Source of the DNA: Octopus sinensis
Lineage: Eukaryota
Assembly: GCF_006345805.1 (NCBI RefSeq)
Contig: NC_042999.1
Coordinates: 138,694,001 to 138,758,000, forward strand
Direction of reading: 5' to 3'
Length of the DNA stretch: 64,000 bases
Shown: one piece after another, positions 38,047 through 52,200 of the stretch
Position numbering within the stretch: position 1 is the first letter of the stretch
How the letters are laid out: each line of letters begins with the position of its first letter
The notes under the pieces: generated by a model
Told to the model about the DNA's origin: nothing
Seen by the model: the letters and a program-made list of their open reading frames with translations, nothing else
The model's database searches: none
Made by a program: the position numbers and the translations under genes

Positions 38047-39663
38047 TTGGATTGTGTTATAGGCTTACTCGATCAGAATCGGTCGAGAGATAAACCACTA
38101 TAATACTTGTAGAAAGCAAATAATTTTAACACGCGAAAATAAAAATTTTCTTACAATTAAACGTTTTGATGTAGTGTAATATCCAAGTAGAAAATGTTAT
38201 TAAACAGTTATTTTCAATTGTTATACAGTTTGGATTACATTATTGGCCAAAGGAAAAAGTCAAGTATGGTTTGTATTAAACTAAGGTGAAATTACCTAGA
38301 GTTTTCCAAGACTAAGAAATGAATACATTTAATTCCACCGAGCGGCTCGAGCCTGCAGTAACGGCGCGATTTCTGTTTGATTTCCATTACATCTTACAAA
38401 TCATATTTTCTAGCTTGTGGTCAATAGCCTGGTAAGTGAAGGTGTCCAGTAAACACAGAAGATGAAGTCTATTATAATGAACCAATAAATTAATGATCAC
38501 GAGATATTTTCATTTCAGGATTATTTGTTGTTCTAAATGCTCAATGAACGAATCATCTAAAACTCATGAAAATACAGTGGTATTTGACATTACAAACATC
38601 AATTTGAGATGGCAAAAAAGAGGATACCTATATCCCTTACACTGTCTCAAACTGGTGTTACCAAAGAAATCGAATTTGGAGTGAACTGTGTTTTTAATAC
38701 ACTAAACAGCTAACTAGGTAAGTTCATGAAGAGACAGACGTAGACCTTATAGTGACACGTGGAACTATCATCATAGCTGTTATTGGCGCAAAACATGAGC
38801 AAGCGAACTAAAAGAGGCACGTTAAAAACTTGTGAATACACAAAATATGGGGAACCACTGAATTAATTCATAATATAAAAACACGCTGCCAACCGATTTG
38901 ACCTTAATATTTTCGAGACATTACAAACTGTTCAGAAATGTATTTTTTTCCCTTCAGCAGATTGAATTAGTGTATGCATTTTAGACATATTCTTATTGTC
39001 CATTTACTTTAATAACAGAATCATCATCATCAATACTTTTCACTAAAAGCAACTACTTTTTATAAATAATAAAACTGTAGAAAAGCTTCGCGAGGCATAT
39101 CTGTAAAATTAATATTTCCAACAAATTGGAACAAGATGTCTAGAGAAAAAAATTATGTAATTTCATCTCCGACCAAATCTGTATTCTAAACTACTTCATT
39201 ATGTTTAGAGTTACGAAGTGTTGTCACACAAACTACCCCAGTCTTGTTCTGCAGAGTCTTTAGTACCTATTCCCGTTTCATTTTACAAAAAAACAGTATA
39301 TTTTTTCTCTCTCAGCGGGTGGCAGGCAAATCAACAAAGCGAAAAGGAAGAAATGTAAGAATTTTAAGCCTGGGGGCTGTGGTTTCAATATCCAGCAGAA
39401 TAGGTTTCTATTTAATGAACTCAACTGCAAAGGAGCGTATGACGGGTTACTTGGTTTGTTAGAAATATCAGCCACATATCCCTCAAATAACAGCTTACTC
39501 CTTTAAAAAATATTAACAAAAGCAGTCCAAGTTTTACCATCTGAATTAAGACGAGATGGTTACGAGGGAAATAAATTTAATATTATGTCTGCTTAATCAA
39601 GGACGGCCTGGGACTAAACAACTGTTAAAGCGTAGAGTGAAAAATTAAACGAATTGTCATAAC

Positions 39664-39896
39664 AAGGCGGCGAGCTGGCAGAAACGTTAGCACGCCGGGT
39701 GAAATGCGTAGCCATATTTCGTCTGCCGTTACGTTCTGAGTTCAAATTCCGCCGAGGTCGACTTTGCCTTTCATCCTTTCGGGGTCGATAAATTAAGTAC
39801 CAGTTATGCATAGGGTCGATGTAATCGACTTAATCCGTTTGTCTGTCCTTGTTTGTCCCCTCTATGTTTAGCCCCTTGTGGGTAATAAAGAAACAT
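39664..39896 (+). mobile_element. Family A tRNA-derived SINE, full length
   Basis: A-box-like gagctggcaga, B-box-like gagttcaaattcc; multiple copies in the window. Confidence 0.9.
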
Positions 39897-42800
39897 ATAT
39901 TAGAAACTGCAAATCGCATGTCTGTGTTGTAAACAAACGCTCAATTTAATAGGTTTCAACATAACAGGTGCTTCTGGGTATTTCTGCACAAGTCGTTCTT
40001 TTAAGTCTTTAGTGCCGAAAAATTATTATCTAATCATTCTAAGACCTTGCAGTTGACGTAAACTACACTTCGCTGATGAAACATTATACCGAGAGTTTGC
40101 TAAAAGATAAAATACAATCACTTTATTTCATAATTTTGATTAAAATTTCTCAGTTTACTACATCAAATGTAACAGCGCTCATTTTACCACTTTTATTAAA
40201 TATAAATTTCTCTCTGCCAATTACTGAATCAAAATAAACTTGATTTCTAAGATTAGTACAAGACCATAAATCTTTAACGAGGGTAGGCTATAGTCGGTGA
40301 AATCGATTCAAGACTTCGAAAAGTACTCTATTTCATCAACTCTGGAAGGAAGAAATGTAAAGTTGACCTCGGCGGGATATTAACCCAACTAAAATATGAG
40401 CAATGAAATAATGAATTAAAATTTCATCTACGGAATGCACTTCTGAGGAAACTAAGATTTCATTTTCCATGATTACTAAAGTTCTTTAAAGACTCACATT
40501 GCATAATTGTAGTCGTTGTTCAACTCCAGGTTAGCCGTTATCTAGTAGCCCAATGATCAGGCATTGCAGCTGAGAGCAGGCCATTTTTTTATGGATAGTC
40601 GAGTACATTAATGTCTTGTTTTTAAAGATATATATTTCGTATGTTGAAACTAAAACAATTACAACGGAGAGGACACCGCGACTCTTCAAAAACAAACAAC
40701 TTCACTTAAACATTATTTGTTATCAAAATTTTCGTCATACCGATTGGTATCTACAAGTGCATGCATGTGTGAATAAATGAGCAATGGGGTTTCATATAAC
40801 CAAAATGCTAAATATTGCAGAAATAATTTCACTTCGAAATAACTAGACTACACTTGCATCCAGATAAAAATTAAAACAAGCGTTCGTGGTGATAGGAAGT
40901 GAAAGAAACTTAGGGAGTTTTCGTAATCATTTAATTTCCCCAGTAACTGGACAATGTTTGGAAATATCATTTAATAACCGACGCATATGCTATTCAGTTG
41001 CGAAAGTCATTGTGGTTAGACGTATATTTTGTACAACTGAAAGATTAATTCTACAAAAGAAAAATACGTAATATTGTATTAAACTTCGATAGAGCACCTG
41101 GTAAAACCTTTTAAAGGTATATAGTTACAATAAATTACGTTCCGAATTCAAATCGTTTTCGAGTTGACTTGGTCTTTCAGTTCTTCAAAATCGATTTTAA
41201 AAAATTGTAAGCCAATTTAATTGACTATGCGTAGGGTCCCATTGCTGGATTTTTCGATACATTTGTTTTAAATAAAATGCAAAGAAAATACAAAAAATGA
41301 AATAGGAAATAAACTTTACTAAATGAAAAGATTTTTGTTCTTTTTGCAATATCAATTTTTGGACAGAGTTATCACTTCACATTTAACATTTACTTGTCAG
41401 ATGCAGGGAACAAGAAAACCTCTACTTGGTTGCTTGATCTGCGAAAAAACAGCAGTTAAATCTACATTCAAACTACCACCTTAAAAAACGACACTTTGAA
41501 TAATGTAGTCAGAGGTATATCAAGCTATATCACACACAAAGACGGGATAGTCATAGCTGGGATAACTTCAATTATAGACTAGGCATGCTTCATTTTGTTT
41601 GAACAGCGAAAAAGGCTTCCAAATTTCCACTCAGCAAATATTACAGTCATAAAAAAATAAAACAGTTGCAGGGTCATGGTTGAAACGCATTTTATCATAG
41701 GTCCCCTCAGTTAAGCTAACAGACTAACACGTAGACTATCGCAGATAAGCCATTGCCGTGTATACTGACAAGGTTACTTGAATAAATGCATAACTTGCGT
41801 GGTTGCATATATTTCAAGCTTTTTGTCCATGTATTGGGGTGGATTAAGGAGCAGGCCTAACACGCTAAGTTCACTACGTTGCAAAGATTTGGTTCTGACT
41901 TTTCGGTTCACGCTTTCCAGCAGATATCAAACGCAGATGTACAAAGTGCACATCAACCGAATTAGTATCACTTAGCTGGAAAGGCTGCAAAGAAGTCACT
42001 GGATGCTGTTCCTCCTCATTACAAAATAAAAAGTTCATTTAAAGCTCTTAGTCAAAAACGATTTCGATTTCTTTTAAACTGTATATTCCTTTAAATAAGT
42101 CGTGTACATTTGAGTTGCATTATCCTGCTTTAACACAAAATTATAAGTGCAACGGTAAACTTCGATTTAGGTATGTGTGATCGGAAAGAGATGCTACAAT
42201 ATCCCATTTCATTTAGTTACTCTAATATAAAGTATAAAGCATAAGAGGAATTCATTATCCCCAAAATTAAAAGAATTCCACTATCTTTACTGTTCCTTCG
42301 TTTTTATAGAATTTATTATTCCAAACGACAATTCTGACACAGATTACAGATAAAATTTCAACGTAATGTGGTCATCTGGTTAATTGGCAAAAACATGGTT
42401 CGAGGCCTGTCAGAGTGCTTGTTCTACTTGTCTCAAATTAGCATTTAGAATGTTTTGTATTCTTTTTTTCTTAATTAACTCTCAGTCTTCCATCTTGACT
42501 GGTTTAATAGAAGCCTTAAGTTGTACTGACACACTTTCTCATATATTATACATATCATGTATGAATTTTTAAAAGTTCATTATTTCAAACAGAAGCGGTC
42601 GGTCGACAGAATCGATAGAACATCTTATTTTGCAATATTTATTTATATCACTCTACATCCGTTCAAATCTCGCAAGGTTAACATTACTTTTGTCTTTCAA
42701 AGATCGATAAAAGAAGTACCCTTCAGGTAGTGGATGCGATTTAACCAAGTTATCTTTCCCCAAATATGCTGTCTTCGCCAATATTAGAAATTACTTTGCA

Positions 42801-43184
42801 CAGTTAATACCATTTTTTTTTCTAGATGAATTTATTAACTTTCAAATGTGTCGTAACATCAAGACAAGAGCTTTAAACCGAAAGCAACCCAGGTGGTGTG
42901 ATAATTTTTATTGGTAACATGAATTTACGACGCAAACCTTTAGATTTAAAAAGAAAAGGTCCTTGCGGGATACAAACGAAACAAAAATATACCCCCCACC
43001 ACCTCAATATGATTACCAATTTGTTTTTATTAATCTAATTCATTGACCAACATTGGTTTGTGTCTAGTCAAATGAAATCAGTTCATGGTGCATGTCTGTC
43101 TGCTAAAATTGTTATTAAACGATAAAAAAAAAAACAACACATTTTCATGAAATAAAAGAGGGGAGAAAAGTCAATTAGAAATAC

Positions 43185-43285
43185 CTGATAGTTCTTGGTG
43201 TTTTGGGTCCCTTAGTAGAATCCCGAAAAATAGGTCGTGGTAAAGGTGGCAAAGTAACAAAAGGGTGAGCCTCATTTCTCATCAT
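43185..43285 (-). CDS. Alternative first coding exon MMRNEAHPFVTLPPLPRPIFRDSTKGPKTPRTI(R)
   Basis: In-frame TAA two codons upstream of the ATG, no acceptor seen, 101 nt ending atcag|GTattt in phase 2, in frame with 28476 and 28149. Confidence 0.65.
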
Positions 43286-43982
43286 AGTTTAGCGATTTGT
43301 ATATTCCTTATTTTCTTTTTTTTTAAAAAAGATATATGAAGTGTGTTGCAATAAGATAAATTAATGCGTTTTGTCGAGAAATAGTGATACGAATCTGAAG
43401 CCGTCCGAACGAAATATCACTGCGAGAAAGAGAAGCGCAATTTTGGACTGATGTCACTTAGGAGAGAAACACAATTTTGGATAACTGACGCTCTTCAAAA
43501 ACTCTTTCTCTTAATTTTTATGCTGAGCAACGCAATACTTCGAAATGTTGACTCCAGACAGAAATAAAAATTAAAAAAAAGATATAAATAAAAGTCTCGA
43601 CAGTCCTACAGGTAATCAATGTTGATGTGATGTTGTATAAATAACGTTAGCATTGCTTTTATGTTAATATCCACATTGTACAATCTGAAGTAACTACGTA
43701 TTAAACAAGAATTGGACAATTTTTTTTGCATATGTTAATTTTGTTGTTTTTGTTTTTGTTTCGTTTCGTCTGTTATAGAATGTACTATATTTGTGGAGGT
43801 GTCTCTTTGCTTACATAGAATGAATATATATATAAATAATAAGTATAATATATATATAAATAAAATGTACGAGTTTCCAGAATTATGTTGGTCGATGATT
43901 CTGTCTTGTTGTTTTCGTGTCCTTTTTATCTACTTCCCCAAACACTGTGCCAATTTTTTTTTTATATAATTCCCACCAAGCG

Positions 43983-44275
<293 letters not shown>

Positions 44276-44384
44276 AAAATATATATTCTATAACATATTT
44301 TCTTAAACGGATAGTCTAAATGACCTCGTTTTTACTTTTCCCTTTAGTTTATCACTTCCAGGAAACAGAACAAACAACTCTTAC

Positions 44385-44420
44385 CTAGAGGATGGGGGCG
44401 CGGAATCAGAATTGTTTGTG
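44385..44420 (-). CDS. 36-nt cassette exon (N)TNNSDSAPPSS(R)
   Basis: ttttatttcttccgttcacatatttcttcAG|cacaaac...ctctag|GTaaga; strong sites, phase 2/2, stop-free. Confidence 0.75.
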
Positions 44421-45429
44421 CTGAAGAAATATGTGAACGGAAGAAATAAAATTTTGAATATTTTTCATAAATGCCTAAAACATTAAACAAGGCGGAAATA
44501 TTTAGAACTGACTATACAAATATGGTCAATGCTGATGGAGCAAAGGATAAACTATCGAAGACTCATGCGTGGAGACTGGTTTCAATGTCGGTCTGTTATA
44601 ATTTTACTCTACTAATGAGGCTAATGCGTTCGGGAACGGGATAAAAATTACATCTCATTTTCACTGCCCATATACATCTGAGACATTGTTCTTGTAAAAA
44701 GATATTAATTATTTATTTTCTTTGACAAACTGCAAGGCTAATCTGTGAAGATTTAGTCTTATAACAGTGGTAATTAGCCTAAAGGAAGCTCAAACTACGC
44801 TCTACAGCAATAAAAGCAGAAGGGTGTATCAGATGTTATAGCCCTAAATGCTCTGTACATGAAACAGATTTTATGTTGAACTCCATTGAGGAGTTTCGTT
44901 GAATATCAGTGGACACTTAATATTTTTTATCAGTCTCACGCTACCCAAATGTCAAGAATAGATATTAATCTTGGGAATGTTGCGACTAATAAGTTGACGT
45001 CCTGTGGTGAGTAGAGTTTGTATCTGATTAGCATAATATATGACGCCCTAGGACTACAATTACGCAATCCATTTAGAGACACATTTTTGGTAACAGCAAA
45101 TATATTTGCAGTTATCAAAAATGTAAAAATTAATGTCACGTTTTTGTTAGCATATTTCATAAGCGCAGAGATGATAATATTGCAGGACTAGAAGTATTTT
45201 TTTCAAATCACATTGAAATCATGAATGCAATGACTACAGTAAAGAAATAGCTTATCCAAGTCTTTCCCAAAAGGGGAATCTATACTATTAATTTGCAAGA
45301 AGTCGCAACAAGATCTTTCTCAAGTCACAAGTTAAAAGCTGAACAACACATTGGATAGTGTAGTTCTAGATACAGCATGTCTGAAAATCAAAGAACGAGT
45401 AGTTACAGCTGGTTAGCTTTTGATAATCG

Positions 45430-45915
45430 AAGGCGGCGAGCTGGCAGAATCGTTAGCGCGCCGGTCGAAATGCTTAGCAATAATTCGTCTGTCAAGGCGT
45501 GAGCTGGCAGAAACGTTAGCACGCCGGCCAAAATGCTTAGCAATAATTCGTCTGTTAAGGCGTGAGCTGGTAGAAACGTTAGCACGCCGGCCGAAATGCT
45601 TAGCAATAATTCGTCTGTCAAGGCGTGAGCTGGCAGAAACGTTAGCACGCCGGGCGAAATGCTTAGCAATAATTCGTCTGTTAAGGCGGCGAGCTGGCAG
45701 AAACGTTAGCACGCTGGGCGAAATGCTTAGCGGTATTTCGTCTGCCGTTACGTTCTGAGTTCAAATTCCGCCGAGGTCGACTTTGCCTTTCATCCTTTCG
45801 GGGTCGATTAAATAAGTACTAGTTACGCATTGGAGTCGATAAAATCGACTTAATCCGTTTGTCTGTCTTTGTTTGTCCTCTCTGTGTTTAGCCACTTGTG
45901 GGTTGTAAAGAAATA
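45430..45915 (+). mobile_element. Family A SINE with four extra tandem copies of its 63-64-bp head
   Basis: Units start at 45430, 45494, 45557 and 45620; the complete element starts at 45683. Confidence 0.92.
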
Positions 45916-46929
45916 GCTTTTGATCATTGGTTTGCTCAACCAGGATTGAACAAAAACAAAACCAAAAGAAATACCAATAAAATTAAGGCGGAGATGAAAG
46001 TAATATGTACTCGAATATTCTAAGAGCATCTTCTAAGGAACTGTGAACTTCATCACGATTTTTCCTTTGCTCTTTAGAACCACATCTTCTTCTACTACCA
46101 GATTCATATAATACTAATAAAAAATTGCACTTAGCTTAAGTTATAGCTGTATTATAATTAATATGTGGTAGTGGGTGTAATTTTATTCAGTCACACGTAC
46201 ATAGCTATACACACAGACCATAGAGAGAGACAATACGCGAAAGAAATAGTTTTAAGTATGAACATGTGTGCATGTGTGTGTGTGCGAGCATATTGCAATA
46301 TACTTGAAGTATTGTAAATGTGTGTAAAATGATATAATTGTATGGAGGGAGAAATGAGACGAAGAGGGAAAGAACAAAGAGAATGAAAGACTCGGTAAAT
46401 TGGTTGTTTGTAAGTTGAAACTTGTGTAGGTGTTGGTGTGTTGGCGTCTTTCTAAGTGTATAAAACTTGTGCAGGTGTCATTATAAATGTGTGTGTATAG
46501 GTGTCTATATAAGGGCTTATGTAGACGAGTGTAATGATTCAGTTGCAAAATTGCCAAGAAGTTTGTAGGTCATATTAAGGAATTAATAGATATGAATACA
46601 CAATAGGGATTAAAACACCGCCTTGATGCTGGTTTAACGTTAGAAGCTCGGTTGGTGGTGGTGGTCAGTATAAGAGCATGGACAGACAGGGTTAGTTATC
46701 AAAAAAAAACTAATTTCTTACTATCTTTCTAATACATACTGTTAGTCTAACCCTTCTCTCACTTCATTACTCAGTTCCTCCTCCTCCCCCTCCCCCTCCT
46801 CCTTCTACTACTTTCGTCAATCCGAAACCTCTTGCACTAATGCTAGTCAAAAAAACCCACAACGTTTCTTTCACTGCTGTGCAGTAATTATTATTGTATC
46901 ATTCTAATAAAGAAAAATCTGCACACACG

Positions 46930-47120
46930 AGTACATCTTGAACTAATCTTTCATCTGGTTATTAGCGTTTCATCCATGAACACACTTCAACTACCGATTC
47001 ACAAACGTCTTATTTCTACTTTCAGCTTCTTCTATTGTTGCTATAATGGTCTCTGCTCTTTTGAACTAGTTAACTGCACACCCCACTGCATTCAAACCCA
47101 CCCGACCTACTCGTCACTCC
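46930..47120 (+). mobile_element. Decayed CR1-like LINE 3' fragment
   Basis: Patch FSFFYCCYNGLCSFELVNCTPPL resembles LINE ORF2 C-terminal LFYRYY.G.CS.EL. Confidence 0.4.
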
Positions 47121-47326
47121 TCCATTTAAAATGATAGATAAGAAACCAGTTAGCTGAGTCTGCGCTGGAAGATCGGTTCCTGGTTGAGCCATTTCACTCC
47201 ACAGATTTCCTTTATGGCAGCTATTCCCGTTTAGACATTTTTCGTGTTCAAAATATCTCCTATAAGTGGATGGATTTCTACAACTTTTGCAATTGAGGTT
47301 CTTAAAAAATGTGTGAAATCTACAAT

Positions 47327-47641
47327 TTATTTATTTAAGCGCCCTTTTCAAGCCTAGCCAGGCTCATGGTCCCGGTTTCCTGGTTTCTGTGGCGTATGTG
47401 TTCCCCCCAGCTGGACGGGACGTCAGTCCATCGCAGCGTTACTCAAGAAACAGGAAGAAAGAGTGAGAGAAAGTTGGGGCGAAAGAGTACAACAGGGGTC
47501 GTCACCACTCCCTGCCATAGCCTCGTGGAGCTTTAGGTGTTTTCGCTCAATAAACACACACAACACCCGGTCTGGGAACCGAAACCGCGATCATCCGACC
47601 GCGAGTCCGCTGCCCTAACCACTGGGCCATTGCACCTCCAC
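47327..47641 (-). mobile_element. tRNA-derived SINE, family B, tail type 1
   Basis: 12-bp TSD gaaatctacaat at 47315 and 47642; homologous to 1037-1348. Confidence 0.9.
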
Positions 47642-48995
47642 GAAATCTACAATGGTCAACTAATTTTATTTTCATATCCGAAATAAATGAGAGTAGGAGG
47701 AGTCTGCATATGTTATTACTGATGTGCTTATCTTTTATTTTTTCTAGATTCTCGTGTCAAGACTCTTAAAAACCTTCTGTTCTTGGATCCTTGCCATAAA
47801 ATAGGAACGTAGGACGTTGTTCCAAAATACCAACCTTTCATCTACTCTACCCCTCTCGAACTTCATACGTTAAAAACGACACTTCATCATCTTCTAAGCA
47901 AATTCAATCTTTCAATGCTTTTTTAGAAGCATAGAGTATCAGAAGTATTGTAGATATGGATCGGGGTAATGAGAAATCAGATGTATGGATTTACGGGAAC
48001 AAAAGGAGATAAATGTAGGAAAATGGCACCAAAATTAATGAGCGGATGTGATGGTATTGCCTGAAGGGACATGTTAATGCATGAGTAGAAAGGAAAAGGC
48101 GTCGATGAGTGGACATGACTGTTTCTGTTGTTGAACTCCAGATCAACCTACATTAAGCAGATCTATGTCTCTTCGCTTACTTTACTAGACGCTAGCGGTT
48201 CTGCTAATTCCTCAAGGATATCACTTGCATCAAGTTCTTCAAATACTGTTTCATCCACTATTCTATAGTCTTGCTTAACTACATTTGGACACAATTTTCT
48301 CTAAACACCAATATGACAAATGTCTCTAACTTCTTTCTAGCATTCTATTGTTTGCATAATGCTGTAACTATGTTAAAAGATTTTAATACAGCCAGCATGT
48401 GAGCACTTGATGATTTTCCTCGTTTTACGAATGCTATGGAAATTAGTTTGTTTTCTACACATTTTAGATCATCCACAAATATTATAGCTGATAGTGCAAG
48501 TCCTAAAGATTCCAAAAGAGCACTTTTTTCTTCCCCTTCTGCTATTTTTATAACTTGTAGTTTCATATCTAATGTATTTATTACAATTACATGGCGTGAT
48601 GAGATAAGAGTATTTAATGATTAAAAAAAAAAAAAGAAATTATCAAAATGCTACACAAGTGTTACAATGTTGCGCGAACAAACTCTCAAGAATACAAAAA
48701 CAATCCAAATATGAACGAGTGATTGCTTTCTTTTACGCATGTTAAAAAGCAACAAAATGGTTGCTTACAAGGAGGTTTAAATTTAGGCGGGAAATTTCGG
48801 GATTGGCTTATCAATGAGAATGGTTCACATTTTTACCTTGGTTTTTGCAGTTAAGTTGCTAATTGTAGCAACTTTACGTAGTTATAACGAATTTTCGCTT
48901 ACAGAGGAAACATAGAACGAGGTATTAGTTTATACGTATTCATATGAATCATTGTACGTCTCTCTCGCTCCCTCACTCTCTTCATATAAATGTAT

Positions 48996-49110
48996 ATACA
49001 TACATACATACATACATACATACATACATACATACATACATAATACATACATAATACATACATACATACATACATACATACAACACATACACACACACTC
49101 ACACACAAAC
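48996..49110. repeat. (TACA)n/(CA)n microsatellite
   Basis: Directly visible. Confidence 0.95.
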
Positions 49111-49817
49111 ACATATAATGTACTGTTCCGCGACAGAAAATTCAACAAAAATAGTATTACATCTGGTGAGATATAAATATCATTTATTTAAAGGGCACAA
49201 TACATGTATTTAAGCGCTGCTAATAGTTTCATACGTTGAGAAATACTCAAACATATTCTTCAGGCGCAAGCAAAAGAACACCTATATTGGATTATGTGAA
49301 GGTGAATTTAAAAATCGCCTCTTTCAGACATAAGGACAAAAGTAAAGCTACTAAGTTGGCTAGTTACGTATTGACCTTGAAATATAACGAAATACCACAC
49401 ATGTGATTAAATGGAAAGTAATTGAGAAATCCATACCTTATGTGAATGGATCGAATAAACGTAGTCTTTGTTTAGCTGTTCAGATCTAAGATCTCTAACT
49501 CTCTATTGAACTTTGGATCAGAAATTTTCAGTGGTTGCAAGCATATGTATAAATATATTTTCAGGAATTGGAAAATTCTGCCTATTCCCGACTAACTTGT
49601 TATTTTTCCAGCCTTATAATTTAAGGTCTAAGGAGGATAGCTCTTTTACTCTTTTGCTTTTTATTTTTTACATTTTAGTTTTTGTGTTTTCGGTTTTTAC
49701 ATTTTGCGTTTTCTATATGCTGTCTTCTCAGGTTTTTTTTTTGCGTTTCTTCTATCATTCTTTTTTATTATGCACACATACACACACACACATTGTGTGT
49801 TCATATTTAGTTATGTA

Positions 49818-50961
49818 CTAGCAGCATAGCCCGGTGTTGCCCGGGTATGTAAGAGCCCCTAGTAGGCAACGACTAATCCTAATCTAGTCCTTTCCCTCTA
49901 GGGAACGAAGGCGCATATGTAGGTTGCAATGTCTTCTCTTCACTCCAAAATAACTTTCAAACAGCTATCGATAATTCAACCCAACCAATTCCTACCAGGA
50001 AGAAATTACATTCGAGACTTTACCCCCAACACCGCCACTTCTGCTAATAGCTGCTGCAGCCGCAAGTTATTCGAATACTTTTTTTGTTTAAACTTTCTTT
50101 ATAACTACCACCCCAAACGTTTTACCATAAATTTTTGACGTACCCTAAGGGTCCTCGGACGCTACTTGCAAACTCTTGGTTTATTATAAACCGCTTTTGT
50201 CGTGTGCACCAAAAAACCTTTTCCATTCGTTTGTTCAGTTTGGTCACTTTTGACTTTTTCGTTGTTGTCACTCACATTACTGCCCGCTTTTTTGCCGTTT
50301 TTGTACATTTTTATACATTTTGGGATGCTTACCCCACGTGTTCCGAGAGTTAAAAAGGTCGAAATGGTTTGTGTTTAATACACAAATCGGTTTGCTATGT
50401 GTGCCACATATGATTTAATTAACCGATTTTTTCCAGTAATAAAGTATCCTATTGGAATAAAAAGGGCCATATAGCTCCTTGGAGCAGACATGATGCTCGC
50501 TGTGAATTTCAAAAAAAATTCCTGCCAATTTGTGAAAGATATTGTCGAAAATATGTCATCTTGAATTTGAACGCAGTTTCCCAAAATGGCATGATTTTAT
50601 CGATTTTTTCTGATGGTAAGGTATTGCATGGAAAACTAACGTCAGAATTAAGTTTCTTAGGGTAACATTAAGCTTCACCATGAGTTTGGTGAAAATCGAT
50701 TGCAAGTTGCGAAAACTACAACAGAAAATGCGTTGCATCTAAAAAGCTTAGATTCTCGACCCCATGTCGAATTTATCGATCTTTTTCAGAACAGGGAGAA
50801 CTTTTCAAAATTTTCGCTGCGTTAGTTTTGAATTATGACATTGGGCTATGTGTGTGTCAAGTTTCATCAGAATCGGTTGAAAGCCGTGGTCAGGGTGAGG
50901 GTACAACCTGACAGATACACAGACGCACAGACAGACAAACTGCCGTTTATATATAGAGAGA
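49818..50961 (-). mobile_element. Non-autonomous Helitron-type element, 1.14 kb
   Basis: Minus strand A|TCtctctatatataaa start, hairpin cccgggcaacaccggg, CTAG|T end. Confidence 0.8.
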
Positions 50962-51589
50962 TGTTGATGTATGCAGATTTTAAAACTTGTTAGAATTTCT
51001 AAACTTTAATTATCCTTGGAAGAAAAGGAAAATACTTGCAAACATGTTGTGACATTGCAGCAATATATTTTGACATGTTGGATTAATTGTCAAGGTCCAA
51101 AGTTTTCATCACGAAAGTTGTTGACAATTTGAATATTTTTGATCGATGAATTAAAATTTACTCTCTTCGAAATTCAATTGTCGAACGTTTTAAAGAATTC
51201 TATATGTACAATTTTATGTATACAAATACTTCTATAATTCGAATTAGTAATTTTCACAGTTAGACTCTGAATAATTATTTTGTTCGCTGTATTACTTGAT
51301 ATAGTAAAATTAAAAATTATATTTTACGCATCTCTCTCTTCTCAACTCTCTCCATTTATCTTACATTCCTGTGAGAATAGATTAATTTTATTAACCCTGT
51401 GTTCCAGTAAAATATGTAACAAATGCTTGACCATTCGTAATTAGCCCTATTCCTTTTTTTTTTTCAGAGTTGGGTAAATAATGTGAGTTTCGATGTTTTT
51501 CTAGAGCAAGTGGAACGCTAGGGTTAATGAAATAATGAAACCAGTGAAATATCTGCAACTGAAATTGAATTAAGATACTTACGTACGTA

Positions 51590-51610
51590 CATACATATAT
51601 ACATACATAC

Positions 51611-51658
<48 letters not shown>

Positions 51659-51760
51659 AATGCATATACACATACACAAATATACAGACATGCATACACA
51701 TATACAATCAAACACATATATAAACATACATAAATATATGCATACAAGTATGCTATAGAA
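51590..51760. repeat. (CA)n and TACA-type low complexity
   Basis: Directly visible. Confidence 0.9.
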
Positions 51761-51806
51761 AACAATATGCCTATAATTTGCCTTAACGTTTCACATAAAC
51801 TTTATA

Positions 51807-52200
51807 GGCACAGGAGTGGCTATGTGGTAAGTAGCTTGCTAACCAACCACATGGTTCCGGGTTCAGTCCCACTGCGTGGCATCTTGGGCAAGTGTCTTCT
51901 GCTATAGCCCCGGGCCGACCAATGCCTTGTGAGTGGATTTGGTAGACGGAAACTGAAAGAAGCCTGTCGTATATATATATATAAGTGTGTGTGTATATGT
52001 TTGTGTGTCTGTGTTTGTCCCCCTAGTATTGCTTGACAACCGATGCTGGTGTGTTTACGTCCCCGTCACTTAGCGGTTCGGCAAAAGAGACCGATAGAAT
52101 AAGTACTGGGCTTACAAAGAATAAGTCCCGGGGTCTATTTGCTCGACTAAAGGCGGTGCTCCAGCATGGCCGCAGTCAAATGACTGAAACAAGTAAAAGA
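51807..52200 (+). mobile_element. tRNA-derived SINE, family C, full length
   Basis: gtggctatgtggtaag A-box-like, gggttcagtccc B-box-like, internal (TA)/(GT) stretch. Confidence 0.8.

Noticed and set aside
41778-41830. Possible further first exon MDKKLEIYATTQVMHLF
   Set aside because: Only a moderate donor and no independent support.
45403-45758. Three repetitive ORFs and a CRISPR-like look
   Set aside because: Tandem SINE heads with no unique spacers.
51807-51880. tRNA-like heads here and in other SINEs
   Set aside because: No complete cloverleaf; continuous with SINE bodies, so not called tRNA genes.
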